DNA of 64,000 nucleotides, taken from NCBI GenBank assembly GCA_951406725.2, contig OX597825.1:3224001-3288000 (forward strand), given 5' to 3'. This DNA is from Octopus vulgaris. Lineage: Eukaryota. Below, in pieces: positions 28,032 to 42,995 of this stretch; position 1 is the first letter of the stretch, and each line of letters opens with the position of its first letter. Below the pieces are notes generated by a model, which saw only the letters and a list, made by a program, of their open reading frames with translations, did no database searches and was not told the origin of the DNA. Made by a program: the position numbers and the translations under genes.

Positions 28032-28280
28032 TACTTGGTTTTACGAGAGGCAAGGCATCTCAATGAATACAAGTATAATTCTTAGAGCGTTTCAGAATTT
28101 GTGCTACCTGATGCCTACTGTAATACAGCTCTCTGTGTTTGCATGTTTTCCTTTTGTATATCTTATACATATGTACACACCCCAACTCACCCAACTCCCA
28201 TTCACTCATAAATTCACATTTATAAATACGGGCATCGTCACACATACATTTCCAGAGTCCCGCATCAAGTCATATATATA

Positions 28281-28312
<32 letters not shown>

Positions 28313-28784
28313 TTTGTACGTGTGTGTGCGTGTGTGCATTCTCTGAAACCAATGGTATTTGTAACGAAACTCCTATTGACCCTTTTTTCTCACTCGGATA
28401 CCAAAAAAATTTATTTGATTCATATCATACACCTTATACGTATAAACAATATCCCGCTACAACGTTGACTGCACTTACATCCTAATTGCAGAAAAACACT
28501 AGCGCACACCACAAACACGCGGAATATAAAGATACTCTGACTCTACTCTTAATGACATATTTATTTGTTTCTGCTGAGTAATATATCTACCTAAAACTCA
28601 TTAGCATAGTCGCTTAGTGTTGAATCTCGTGCGGATATAAATGATCTTTATATTTCATTCTTTCATCATAATTTTAAAACTCCAAGAATTTAGTTGCGAT
28701 TAACTTCAATATAGAGAAGGGTGGTTATCTCATACACATGTGTACAGGCGCTGGTACATACTGAATTTCTCTCAAGAGGTTTAT

Positions 28785-28921
<137 letters not shown>

Positions 28922-30241
28922 ATCAGTATTTCTTAATATATATATTTCGAAATTTAATAAACTACAATGTAAGATTTTGCATTTCTATGTGTCTTTTCTA
29001 TTGTATGAAGCATTTGTTCAGCATCTGTGCGCTTTGTAGATAAATGCTTGCCATGTAGGTATATGTTACGGTTGTCATATACAAAAGGGTCATATACAAA
29101 TGTCCGTTTCATGTGCCTCTCTATGACAAAAGCCTTTCCCTAACGAAACTGATTTGACAAAAATCTTATAAGTGTTCTTATAAGTATCCGCAAAGAATAA
29201 ATGGATGTAAATTGTAGTAATGCATATGTTAAATGCATTAATTTTTTCTTTAATCGCTAAAGCCTGAGGTCTAATGGATGCTGCTTGTGCATTTGCGAAA
29301 GTTTTTCAGCATATGTTGATTTCAATCTCGGTCTCTTTAATGATTTCATTCACTATGAATGTAGTCACATTATTTTGCTCATAAACAAAGTTTTCTTACG
29401 TTTCTTTGACCATTACTTCCAAACATTCACTTCATTTACATTTCTGTATTACGTGATACATTCACTTCATTTGCAACGAATCAAACGAGTTCTGTCCCAG
29501 GAGACAAACTTTATAGACTGTCCGGGTACTTTCGTGAAAGAAAACATTGGTTTTCCCATTGTCTGAAAAATTTATTTACATAATTTATCTGACGAATAAA
29601 ATTTTAGACATTATTGCTGCCAACAAAAGCTCTATCATTGTTGGTTTTATGATGACATAAATCTGAAATATATTCCAACTATATTGTAAAGATTTATTAC
29701 ATTTAAATGTGAAAAATTAAACCCATCTCAAAATAAATTTATTAATGTCCAGTTCTTCATATTTATGATGACATCAATATTCAACACATTTCCACAACAT
29801 TCGTTTCTCTAAGATGGTAATAAATGTTAATTTTAGACAGATAACTAAATGCCAAAATAGGAAAAAACACATAAAAGGCAGCAAATATTAAAACTTCCAG
29901 CTCGTGAATGGTAAATAGATAAAGCAAATGATTGACATTATTTTTTTGTTAATCTTATTCTAACAAATGCTTGTTTCCTAGACAAATTTCACGTCTTTAC
30001 AATTAGAATGCGAGAGAAATATGTGACATTAGATATAGATATTGCATGTAAAATAGACATGAAAATAATAATCATCCTTACCAGAAGTATCTTTTTTTCT
30101 TTTTTCATTCTTTCGTGCTAATATTATATGTATGTATTGAAATGTATATAATTCTGTTTCTAGGTTTACAGTCAAATACTATAAGATAATGAAACACGCT
30201 CGCTACCATGTGCTGCAAATACATATTCACATGTTTTCACA

Positions 30242-30369
<128 letters not shown>

Positions 30370-30454
30370 TATATGGGGTGGGATGAGTGTGCATAGAAAT
30401 ACATACATTTGTACATATAGAACCACATACACACACAAATACATAAATGCTTCG

Positions 30455-30496
<42 letters not shown>

Positions 30497-31915
30497 ACAG
30501 ATGCATTTATATTTCTGTATTAAAACGTTATACTAAACCAAATAATGTTGCTTATATGAATTCGATGAATTAACTTATGGAGACATTTCTTTACTTTATT
30601 TTTCATGTCCAAACATATTTATTAAAATTTCATAATAGGAAACCATTCCGAAGTTTAGAGACATCAAGTTGTGGCTTTGATTGTCATACTATTCTAGTCT
30701 GTCGATCACCTACTTTTATTTGAGCTACGTCACAGAGCGAGCAGCAAATATGTATAAATATACAGTTTACATATAACAATAGTTTGAGAAGCGCTAACAC
30801 GACCACCTCCCCAAAGCGTCGTTAGACACCCTGCAACTACTAGAGATAAAGTCGACTCCGATTTTAATGAGGGTTATACGAATCCAAGACGTAACAACTC
30901 ATTGGTTGAACCCCGAAATCTATGATAATTAGTTCTGTGTCTTAGTGAGTGTGTGTATACCTGTTCGCACGTATATCATGTATGTGAATGTATATACCTG
31001 GTTCATATTTCGTTCTTCATTGAAATATAAAAAATATACTCTCAAACAAGCGGAACTATCTCCACTATACACATTCACATATACAAAATCATGCAAAAGC
31101 ATCAATTACTTCGTATCCATATACATATATACTATACACTTCCATACAATCTAAATTGAAAACAGTCTAGGATATGCACATATACAGACATGCTACATAT
31201 TTTGCCTTATATTTGTGTGTGCAATACATAACATTAGAGCATAAATACTCAACCCATCAATGTACAACTAAGCATATACTGCCTGCATGTAGTATTTCAT
31301 GAATATTCAATACATGACATGTGAAGACATCGTTTTGCATGTGTGTTATTTGCGCACGCATGAATGTTTCATTAAATTGTTGTGTTATTTATACATTATT
31401 TTGTAGCTTTTGTTTTTTTCTTGGAAACCCTGCACGAAGATGGTGATGGAAATTGACAAAATGAGTAGAAACATCAATGCTTCCATGAAATAGTCATGGG
31501 TATGTTTACTTGTGGCTGTTTATTTTATTCATTAATATTCTGCGTAATCCTGTCTGATTTTTGATGCCAAATTCCGGAGTTGTTTGCTGGAATATTTGCA
31601 CAAAAGAGAAATAATGTTTAATTCTCGACATTATGTCACGCTCTAGATTTTTGCTTTGCCAAATGACAGAACATACAAGTTTTTTATGGGAATGGTGTTA
31701 TTTGTTTTACCCTTAAATAAGGCGGAATGTCCATATATGTTTATATATTGACTGTATTTTCAGATCCCATGCGTTTGCTTGGGTCATGTATTAATTATTC
31801 ATATATGAATACGTTATGTGTGTGGGTATATATATATATATATATATATAAATGATATGGATATGGATATATCGGTGTGTATGCGTGTACGCCTATACAT
31901 ACATACATACATACA

Positions 31916-31962
<47 letters not shown>

Positions 31963-32285
31963 CCATATCATTTACCGGGACCCTGACAGTGCGTGAACGA
32001 TATCCATAATGTCAGCATTTACATTTACACGAACAGTTTTTAAGTAGTCCTCGTATTATGATTGCTGATCAAATGAAATGCGGTGAAGTCCAATGAAAAG
32101 GATTAGTCTTTCGTTATTTCGCAGTAATTTGCTATTCGGGAGTTTAGAAAATAATTTCGAAAAAGACAAAATGCGGTAAAAATTGAAAGAAAATTGCATA
32201 TCTTTTGTCTCGCACACACACACACACACATTGATAAATGCAATATGTGTAGTTATATATGTCTCAGTTTATATGTGAATGTATA

Positions 32286-32702
32286 CAGGCCAGACTTATG
32301 TATAAAGTGCAGAGGAGGCAATTGCCCCGAGCACGTAGATTTTGGGGGACCCTGCTAGGAAAAAGATGTAGCACTCAGTACCGTAACGCCTCTCACTTCC
32401 TCGCAATGGTGTCTTCAATCCTTAAAAAGTGTAATGGATCCTCTTTTATGATAAATACCCATAGATATTTGCCACTTTAGAATCACCAAATAATTCAACC
32501 CAGTCCCAAAGCACTTACAGTTCCCACGGGAATTATAGCAATTATTTTGGGACGACAGAGAAAAGGAAGAAAAATGCTATGGTCTCTAGGCGAAACTAGG
32601 CCAAATTCTTTCGTTTTCAACGCATGACTGAGCTTGACCTTGGCTTGACCAATAGCAGCTAATGGAACACACACACTTCAACACACACGCGCGCACATAC
32701 AC

Positions 32703-32755
<53 letters not shown>

Positions 32756-34090
32756 TACACATTTCTACTTCTAAATTTATTTCAGCGAGCGTTTAAAAAC
32801 TGGTGATCTTATTTTATGAAGCAACTTTGTAAAGAAACCTTTTTGAAGTTAGTTTTAATTATAACTATCTCTGAACATATAAAAAAAACATTGTTTCTCA
32901 GCTTTGGAATTATTGCATATATATATTCAAATGTTTCATTAAATCGAAATTATTTACCTCTTTTACTTTCGCCATCCTGTTAAATAATTGGAATTACGAT
33001 ATGGAAGTGGGGCAAATTTGGAATCCGTGTCAAACTGAATATTATTATTTTCTCTCATTTTGTACCATTGCAACATCTTTTCAATTAAAAAATTTCATTA
33101 AATTTGGCCCCATTTTAATTGATGTAGTTAACAAAATATCTGGATAATTTTTAGCGAAAAATCTATAGGGAAGAAACTATAAAGAATATTTTATGTTGAG
33201 TTTTTCGATTTAGTTGTGTTTCCTTAATTTCATATTTAGTGCAATTTTTCAATAATCCTCTTCCATTTAATCCAGACGTTTTAAATTTTGTTGCATTTCT
33301 AATGTCTAAGGATGGATGTTTATGTGTATAATTCTCTTTTCCAAATTTAATTCTGGAGAAATAGAGGGGCATGTTTAGCTTGTCATGTCTTATCCATATT
33401 GCCCCACCTAAATTTGGTTTTTATATGCTCAAAAAGAACAGTGCTCTAAAAGTGTTCTGAAAGTGTTGTAAATATGTTATAGGTTTTTCTGCATTTGAAA
33501 AAAAAAATATTTACTTGAATGTTAAAATTGCAGCAAATATTACTTATTGTGACCCACCTACAACAACTGTCAACTGGATAAGCTGACTTTCGGAAATAGC
33601 TGTTTGAATTTCTCATTTTTCTCTCTACCCACCTCTCTCGCACACACACACACTCACACACACACACACTCACACACACACACACACACTCATCATGCCT
33701 TTGGTGTAGCAACAACCACAGAAATGATGTTTTTCGTTTTCGCAATATTCCGTCGTTTTATCATATTTTACATTCTGAAACACATGTAACTTGAATGAAA
33801 AGAAACAGAAACGCTTGTCCCACTCCTCTCCCCTTCATTATACTTTTCACAATCAAGGAAAAGTGTATGTGTGAAAAACGAAACTTGAACTATATAAAAA
33901 GTATATCTATAAAGCGACATGTTCAGTCATTCATTTAAACTTACTCCGCAATCTCATCCAATTTAATTATATGAAATAGATGGGTTTTGAGATTTAAATT
34001 TGGTAATATTCTAAGATTATATTTCTTGTGTATAAGGGGTCCACCGATCTAGAAGTGCCACGAGGTCCCCGTGGTGTTAATCTCGTCCTC
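32286..34090 (+). mobile_element. Possible old non-autonomous hAT-type element
   Basis: GC-rich degenerate ends caggccagactta...ggcaattgcccc and ggggtccacc...ttaatctcgtcctc. Confidence 0.25.
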
Positions 34091-34339
34091 AATATATATG
34101 GTCCGTTCCTTGCTGTTTTTACTTTTTCGTTTCTCGTTGAGTTCTACGTCTATTTGTGGTGTCCTGTACAAACGTATATATATTTATATATGCATGTATA
34201 TATACATGTAGTTGTAGGTACGTACATATATGTTTGTATGTATGCATATATTTTATTTATTACAATATTGTATGACTGAGCGCCCTCGCGTCGATTCGAT
34301 TCGTTTCGTTTCGTTTCGTTTCTTCTTCTTCTCTAAGCT

Positions 34340-34390
<51 letters not shown>

Positions 34391-34899
34391 GTGTTGATAT
34401 ATATATATATATACATACATGTGTTTCTATACATGAGTCTATATATTTTTACTTGATAGTTCTTTTGGAATCTATTTACATTTAGCAGTACATTTTTAAT
34501 ATTGTTTTCCAAAATATTTTGTACTTTAATTTGAGAAACGGAGCTCTATGAAAATTAAAGCTGTGTGTGCATCAAATATCCTACGGTACACTTAGTATGG
34601 TATGGAAGGGGTGTTTTTCCTGTCTTCTAGATATTTTCCTACCACTGCAAGCCCCGTGGGAACTTAACTTCATATAAGAAAGTATTCTAAATCAATTATT
34701 AATCAAACTGCTCGTCTTGTATATCAGGAAATCTTTGCTTCGCTCTCTTTTTCTCTATTCCTTCCACTGCATATATTCGATTTTTCAAGCATTTTTTTAA
34801 CGATAGTTGAATGAAAAATAAGGCCTACACGCACCCGCACACTAAGCCATACACCGAAGCACACATAGAAATATGTATATACAATATAGAAACGTTTGT

Positions 34900-35310
34900 A
34901 ATACATACATACAAGCATGCATACATGCATATATATACACATACAAACATACATACATACATATACACATACAAACATGCATACATATATATATATATAC
35001 ACATACAAACATGCATACATACATACATATATACATACAAACATACATATATATATATACACAAATACATAGTGCATACATATATGCATACATGCATACA
35101 TACATATATACATACATATATGCTTACATACATACATACATACTATACATACAAACATGCATACATACATACATATATACATACGTACATATATGCTTAC
35201 ATACATACATACATACATACATGCATGCATACATAATACATACATACATACATACATACATACATACTTACATACATATATGCCAACATATGTGTGTGTG
35301 TGTGTGTGTT
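34900..35310. repeat. Complex (TACA)n microsatellite immediately upstream of exon C
   Basis: Direct observation. Confidence 0.9.
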
Positions 35311-35359
35311 TAAGTCGAACCATTCCTTGCTCCTACCTCTCATTCTTTCTATGTTACAG

Positions 35360-35444
35360 TGAAATGACGGATGACTGCGATGCGTCTGCAGTGTATATTG
35401 CTGATAGAGTAGAAATCAACAGCACTCAGAAATCTCCTTTCGCC
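35360..35444 (+). CDS. Internal exon C: EMTDDCDASAVYIADRVEINSTQKSPFA
   Basis: Acceptor ttctttctatgttacAG and donor GCC|gtacgt. 85 nt, phase 2 to 0. Coding-like composition within low-complexity DNA. Confidence 0.7.
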
Positions 35445-36289
35445 GTACGTCTTTTACTTTCCGCCTATTTAGCTCTTCTCCTCTCTCCATCCCTCATCCT
35501 CCCTCCCCCCCTATGGCTTCCATTCACACTTTTTTATTTCTAATTCTACCTTTCGATCACTCTCTCCTCCCATCTTTATTTTCGATGCTAATGTTCATTT
35601 ATTGGTGCCTATTCTCTCACATTAGCTGTTGCTCCCTCCCTTTCTAATTCTCCACCCCTCTGTCTCCCACTCTCTCTTTCTCTTCGTTTTACTCTCTCTC
35701 TTTCACTTCTCTACCTCCCATACACATAACTATATCCATAAACGCACACACACATTACGTGAACTTCCTCACAAGCTCTCTTTCTTTATCTCTTGCTTTC
35801 ACACAGTAATCTCTATCTTTTGCTATAACACAGTAATCTCTATCTCTCTCACTTTCTCTCTCTCACCATGCTTACGCTCATCTCTTATTTCCCCATTGTC
35901 CTCTCTTTGGTTCAGTCGGAATCTCCTTTTCTTCCTTTATATATGCTTTTCATAGATTATCCTTTATATTTCCATCTCTCCTTTTTCGATATTTTATCTC
36001 TTCCTCATTCCCTTTAAAATGGTTAAAGGTGTCTTTCCTATAAACTCTTACAACAAATAACTCCGCATATATCACACACTCTCTCTCTCCCCCCGCGTCT
36101 CTCTATCACACACTTCCGAGCATTCGACTCTTTATTCGTCTCTCTCTCACTCTCTCTCTCTCCGAATCTCTATTTTGCGTGCTGTGTCAAATTTCTATAC
36201 AAATCTCCTTGACTTACTCTCTTCTCCCCTAAATACATGTAGAAATTTAAAAATAAAAGTTGAAAGTTACTCTTGAGCCATAAAACTAT

Positions 36290-36473
36290 GAGACGGATTT
36301 CCAGGATTCTGTAGCGTATGTATCCCCACCGTAGGTTCATTTTTGAGAGCCGAGTGGATGGGAGCAACAAGAAAATGCGTGTTTCTTAAGGAACACATCG
36401 TATCAATACGTACAGGAGACGAAACACAGATTTTACGATAATGAGAGCCACAGACTAAACATTAAGCCATTCG
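36290..36473 (-). mobile_element. Degenerate tRNA-SINE, family C
   Basis: Reverse complement aligns with 42996-43150 (gctcccatccactcggct..aaaaatga). Confidence 0.55.
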
Positions 36474-36630
36474 ACAACACACAAGAACATATGTTTAGGC
36501 ATAGGGAAAAGGAATATACAAATATATTTATTTAATGATAGAGATATATACATGTAGATGTACATCTATCTATCAAGCTATCTCTCTCTCTATCCCTCTA
36601 TATATCTACCTACCTACCTACCTACCTACC

Positions 36631-36949
36631 TGTGACTTCCTTGACCGAGGTTACCGTGGTCTTTTCCGTAGGCTTTTCTTTCCACGGGTAAACCTCACCT
36701 GTCCTCCCCTTTACACTTTATACTGACATTTCTGTGATAACGATCCATATTGAACATTTTTTTCCCTTTCCCTTTTATTTCCTTTCCCTTTTTTAAAAAA
36801 TTTAACCCCCCCCCCCCTTTTGTCCTCTTTCTTTCCTTTTACGATCCCTTTTGATCGAAAACAAACCCCACTTTTTTACCCCAAAAGAAAAGCTCTACCT
36901 TGTAATTTGTCCTGTCTGTGTGCAGCCCTGAGTGGCTAATAAAGAAACA
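36631..36949 (+). mobile_element. Possible solo LTR
   Basis: TG...CA termini and AATAAA close to the 3' end. Sits in TACC/TATC simple repeat. Confidence 0.4.
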
Positions 36950-37299
36950 TATCTGTCTATATATCTATTTTTCTATCTACATACACACACACACACTACG
37001 ACTCTACACTCTGTTTGTTTGTCTCTCTCTCTCTCTTACATTTACTTCGCATTCTACGTTGATCTGTCCCCTTCTCTCTCTTTTCTCTCTACTCATCCCT
37101 CTTTTTCTCTTCTCTTGCCTCTGATTCTTTGGTCTACTCTTCCCCTACCCTTCCATTTCTTTGTCTTCGTTTGCACTCACAGGTCAATCTTTGACACCCA
37201 TCTCTTCTACCCTATCTAATTCCTTCTTTCTCTCTATTCTCCCCCCTTGTTGCTTTCGTCCCTCTTCTCTCTCTCTCTTCCTTCTTTTCTCTCTTCTCT

Positions 37300-37835
37300 G
37301 TCACGTGACTGCTGGCCAAAATCTGCCTTTCGGCCTCTGACCAGCGCCGTGATAACACCGCTAAGGCAATTCGCCGCTAAGGCAATTCGCCGCTAAGGCA
37401 ATTCGCCGCTAAGGCAATTCGCCGCTAAGGCAATTTTTCCAAAATACGCCAGCCAGACCTGTTTGCACTGTTATTAGTCGTAAGACACTTGCTGTTTTTA
37501 CCGTTATTGCTTTTGTATTCCACGTTTTTGTATTTCATTATTGTTTTTTGTTTTTTATATTCGTGTGGCACCGTCCTTTTTGCTGTCTTTGTGTTTGTAT
37601 GCATTCGATCCTTCTTCCAGGAAATCTACGCTCCTAGCTTAGTTTTTCTAATGCTCGTTGCTTAGTTTCCCCTGGAGGGCTGGCCGGTTCTAGTAATCTC
37701 AAGATTAATCAGCCGAAATTACTACGATGATCCGGTTCTTGACTGAAGACTGAGGGCCTCGAACGTCCTGTCTGTGTTTGTTGTATCGTCTTCTAAGTTC
37801 TTATGCGTTCTTGTCTCAGTTTGTAATTTTCTACA
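37300..37835 (+). mobile_element. Interspersed repeat related to 40850-41335 (possibly Penelope-like)
   Basis: Shared cacgtgac, ttagtcg(t/a)aagacac and ggctgg...gccGAAAtt blocks. Confidence 0.5.
37358..37435 (+). repeat. Perfect 16-bp minisatellite (ccgctaaggcaattcg) x 4.9
   Basis: Identical units with no spacers. Confidence 0.95.
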
Positions 37836-37845
37836 TATCATAATG

Positions 37846-38155
<310 letters not shown>

Positions 38156-38478
38156 GGCGTGTGTATATGTGAGTGCGCATGTGTTTGGTTATATAAATTT
38201 GTACTACTACGAGATATAACATACATTGACGTATATATGTATGTTGCCTCTGGCACAAAATCGTACTGAAGCAGATTTATAAGCACATAGGCATGCGTGC
38301 ATATAAAGATATTTACAAAAACACAGACATACACACGCACACGCACACACGCTTACACACACACATATATATATATATAATATACATACATGTGTATATA
38401 TAGATACATACTTACGCATTTGCCCATACACCATTACACATGTACGCTGCTTATTCATAAAAAGTTGATGCACCTTGA

Positions 38479-38709
38479 TGGGCTGAGCTGGCAGACACGT
38501 TAGCACGCCGGGCGAAATGCTTGGCGGTATTTCGTCTGTCATTATGTTCTGAGTTCAAATTCCGCCGATGTCGACTTTGCCTTTCATTCATTCGGGGTCG
38601 ATAAATAAAGTAGCACTTTCGCACTGGGGTCGATCTAATCGACTTAATCCCTTTGTCTGTCCTTGTTTGTCCCCTCCATGTTTAGCCCCTTGTGGGTAAT
38701 AAAGAAATA
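38479..38709 (+). mobile_element. tRNA-derived SINE, family B
   Basis: Homologous along its length to 12798-13028. Confidence 0.9.
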
Positions 38710-38716
38710 TGTACAT

Positions 38717-38753
<37 letters not shown>

Positions 38754-39530
38754 CATACGTACATACATACATATACATGTACGTATGTATGTATATATAT
38801 ATATATATAAATATATATACACATACATATATATATATACATATATACATAAAACATTACAGAGTTACATATATATATATATATATAATGATATATACAA
38901 GTGTATGAGTGTGTGTGTTTGTGTGTGTATGTGTGTGTCCATGGCTGTGTGTGTAGGTGTTCCCCTATCCCCAACATTTCCCTTTTCTTTTACATTTTTT
39001 ATAACATTCTTCCATCTTCGCTATTAAACTCTATTTGTGGCCCTCTCTTCACTCATCGAATCCCATCCTTGCCATGGTTTTAGGCACGTTGACAACTTCA
39101 TCTGATTGGCAAAGTGACCAGCCTGATCAATCAAACGAAGTAAAGAATGAGGAGAGTTTTAGATGAAAAATAGAATCTATTGAACACACTACGTAACCTT
39201 TGACTGGAGAAGTTTAAGCTATAGATGGATGGTGTCTTTGAGTAAAAGGCTTTGCCATTGTTTACATTCCTGTCTGTCTATCATTTGGTAGATATTTGCT
39301 TGACTATGAAATGAATAGGAATGTATGTCTGTCATATCGCTAGAGCCCACCAACTCACCAGTTTCCGCACGAAAGTATATTTACTTTGTTGTATAAGTAC
39401 GTCCGCCCGCCCGCACACACATACACACACACATTTACACACATAGGTATTAGTGTGACTTGCGCATGTATTGACTATGAGATGAATAGCTGGCTATACA
39501 TATATATATATTCATACATACACACACATG

Positions 39531-39567
<37 letters not shown>

Positions 39568-39576
39568 TTATACCAA

Positions 39577-39615
<39 letters not shown>

Positions 39616-40849
39616 TTACATATATGCGTACATTTATATATGTATACATATAATACATATAATTATGCACAAAATATATACACATGTATTTTTGTGTGTA
39701 TGTGAGCGTATATATATTTAAGCTAACAAAATGCCTCTTATCTCTGTTACTTTCATACACACGTAGGAAATTTACTGTTAACGAACAGCACACACGTACT
39801 TAATACACATTAATTACATATATAATTTCAGAATGCACACACAGTTTACGCAAATATTTATTATCTTACCATCATTCACGTACTTCCTTTATACACTCAC
39901 TCACACACACAAACACACATACACACACACACATGGTCGCACAAATACACTTACATATACACGCACAGGAATATACTTTCTCTAAAGACTCTTCATTTAT
40001 CTGATGGCACATACATCATTAATTAACATTTACTGTTTGCTTAACCAGATAATGAATTTCTACGAGTAAATCAAATTGTAACGATCTTCCTGCACTCATT
40101 TACATCTTCTGTTTTTCTTCTGTTTGCACTGACGACTTGGACGTTACTTTAAAGTCAGTTAAAAACAACACAGTGGGAACGAATTGATTTTGCAGAAGAA
40201 TAGACGCTGACTTTCCTTGGTGCGGATAAATTTGAACACCGAATAATAAATAATATTTGGTTTTGCAAAACTGGCACTTCTATAATTGCTGAAACGAACA
40301 GCATTTCTTACGCTCACCTGCAACCGCAAAGCCATATTGAATTTGAACCTGACGTATAGACTTAGAGAAAAGTCGATATCCAAAGCTAAATTATCAACGA
40401 AGCGGAGGCATCATGGGCATTCTGTATCTTATGCTGAAACAGAAATTATAGGTTTCGAAACATGCATGATATCAAAATTTTGCTTTCATGCACGTGACAT
40501 CGAGATATTTTTATGTATATATTTAAATATTTTTCTATCTATCTATACACATACACATATAAATACGTGTTTTTATCCATATATGCATATGCGTGGTGTG
40601 CCATTGTATATATATATGATTCAAGAAACGAAACGAAGTGCTGAACATATTTTTAAGGCTTTGTTATACCGAGTGGTTTCATCTGGCCCTATGCCGTGAG
40701 CTCGTAACAGATCGATCAACTGAAACAGGCATGATAGGTTCCTGTTTCTCTTCATTATCACCTTCCCTATTCTTTCACTTCACTCTCTCCCTTTTTTCTC
40801 GTCCCTCTCTAATTCTTCTGTCCCTCTGCCTCTACTTGTCTTGTCTCTC

Positions 40850-41335
40850 CCCACGTGACGGATGTTCGGCCAAGCCTGGCCTTTCTTTCCTGGTTCGACA
40901 ACCATCCGTTGAACATCTATATTCATTTCCATGCTTGTCATCTCTTATATCTCTGCCGTAAAGCTTCACTGTCACACACACCAGCATAATTTAATTCGTC
41001 CTTAGTCGAAAGACACCTGTTGTTATCTCCTGTTATTTGCATTTGTATTTGTGTAACATTTCTCCGGTATTTTTTTGTCTTTGTGTTCGTATATATTCGC
41101 AACTGTCTTCAAAGGAATCTAATGCTCTTAGTTTAATTTTTCCTTAGGGCTGGCTCGTTTGGAGCAATCTCGAGTATAACCGGCCGAAATTCCAAAGGTA
41201 ATCTGGAACTCGACTTCGAATGAAAGAAAGAAAACTTCGAATGACCCGTCCATGTTTATTCCTGCCCCTCTTTTGTATCATCTGTCTGTATGTTTTGCGT
41301 TCTTGTCCCATTTCTGGGTTTTTTTATAACTATAT
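40850..41335 (+). mobile_element. Interspersed repeat related to 37300-37835
   Basis: Shared blocks as above. Ends in (TA)n. Confidence 0.5.
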
Positions 41336-41344
41336 AGAAGCTGG

Positions 41345-41390
<46 letters not shown>

Positions 41391-41499
41391 GTTTGTGTGT
41401 TTGTATGTCTGTATTTGTGTGTGAGTGTTTGTTTATGTATGTGTGCGTGCGTACTAGTTCTTGAAAGTTGTACAGTCCCTTAGTCATGCCGTGTGACAT

Positions 41500-41950
41500 G
41501 GTGTAGACGCAGGTGACTCTTCTGCAAAGTTTTCCTTCAACAAGTACGTTCTGTGATCTAATATTTGAACTTTCTGAAATCACTTGCTGAGCTCTAAATA
41601 TATTTATTGGACTATGTCTTACCAAGCCGCCTACTTAGATGCAAATTAACCATACAGCGGCAGAAACGTCCCTGGCTCTTGTGATATTCAATGGATAACT
41701 AAAAGGAGAAGAATCCATTTGCATGCTCTAACTTTTAGCCTGTCTGTTCTTAGATGTTTGCTAAATGTTTGAGAGAAACGCTTGAGCATTATTATAATGC
41801 CAGCGGAACTTATTTCTGCCCTCGGCACGGTATTGTATTATATCTAATACTACAAAACTGGCAGCGTGAAAATAGAGTGAAAACAATTTCATTGGGCAAT
41901 ACTGAGATAATTGGAATCTGACAAGTAATTTGCTGAGACGCAATTGGATC
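41500..41950 (-). mobile_element. Degenerate mariner transposase remnant
   Basis: RWHYNNAQAF resembles the mariner LHHDNAPAH motif. Confidence 0.3.
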
Positions 41951-42414
41951 TTCTTATGATATTAGAATACTGTAGAAAATTTACGATAAAAGAAACAGTC
42001 ATATCACTCTGGTGAAGTAGCAGCTTCCTCCATATTGGATAGCATTATATAATGTTCGTGATATTTTTCTGCATATTTTCGCTATTGTCTATATGTAAAT
42101 ATGATTTGTGAATATAAATTATGCCTCGTTTTGTTTTACACAAACAAGATATACATTTCCGTATAAGAAAACTGAATGAATTAAGTGAGCAAATCTTTAA
42201 ATGAGAGATGTATCTTCTGAAGGAACTTGTTCACGAATAAACTAGATGCTTGCTTTAGCATATTTTGCGATCATTAAATTTGGAGATGTAATAAATGACA
42301 GCAAAATGAGGTGTACATTCCTTACTTGTTCACAAGGATGCGCCTAGAGTTCCAAAAATTATGTGATTATGAAAATTCTTTACTACTTTGCTTCCTCAAT
42401 ATTTCTGTCATCAA

Positions 42415-42860
42415 AAGGCGGCGAGTTGGCAGAATCACTAGCAGGCTGGGCGAAATGCTTAGCGGTAATTCGTCTGTATTTACATTCTGAGTTCAAATTC
42501 TGCCACGGTCGACTTTGCTTTCATATTTTCGGGGTCGTTAAATGAAGGACCAGTTGCGAACTGGGGTCGATCTAATCGACTGGCCCTTTCTCCCAAAATG
42601 TTGGGCCTTGTGCCCAGAGAAGAAAAGAATATGATACATAAAGAAGGCAGCGAGCTGGCAGAGACTTTAGCACGCTGGGTGAAATGCTTAGCGGTTTTCG
42701 TCTGTCTTGAAGTGCTGAGTTCACATTCCACCGCGGTCGACTTTGCTTTAATAATTTGGTTGTCGATAAATTAAGTATAAGTTGCGCACTGACGTCTATC
42801 TAATCGACTGGGCTCCTCACCCAAAATTTCGGGCGTTGTGCCTAGAGTAGAAAAGAATAT
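42415..42860 (+). mobile_element. Head-to-tail dimer of family-B-like SINE with an alternative 3' tail
   Basis: Units 42415-42632 and 42644-42860. Flanking repeat aatattt(c/a)tgtcat at 42398-42411 and 42856-42869. Confidence 0.85.
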
Positions 42861-42995
42861 TTATGTCATGAAAAAAGAGATATTCTTTTTTCGTTTTTTG
42901 CTGAAGCATCTGTGTGCGATTCCAACACAAAATTTACTATTACAAACCGACCTTTGTGAAAGAGAACACGTTTGAATATATTTCTTTAGGAGTAG

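Noticed and set aside
31407-31499. Exon-like segment (tttgtAG ... ATGG|gtatgt)
   Set aside because: Stops in all three frames and not needed for the B-C phase chain. A non-coding or poison exon is not excluded.
37358-37435. CRISPR-like array (also the 60-bp repeats at 57594-57835)
   Set aside because: No unique spacers, eukaryotic context, and no cas genes.
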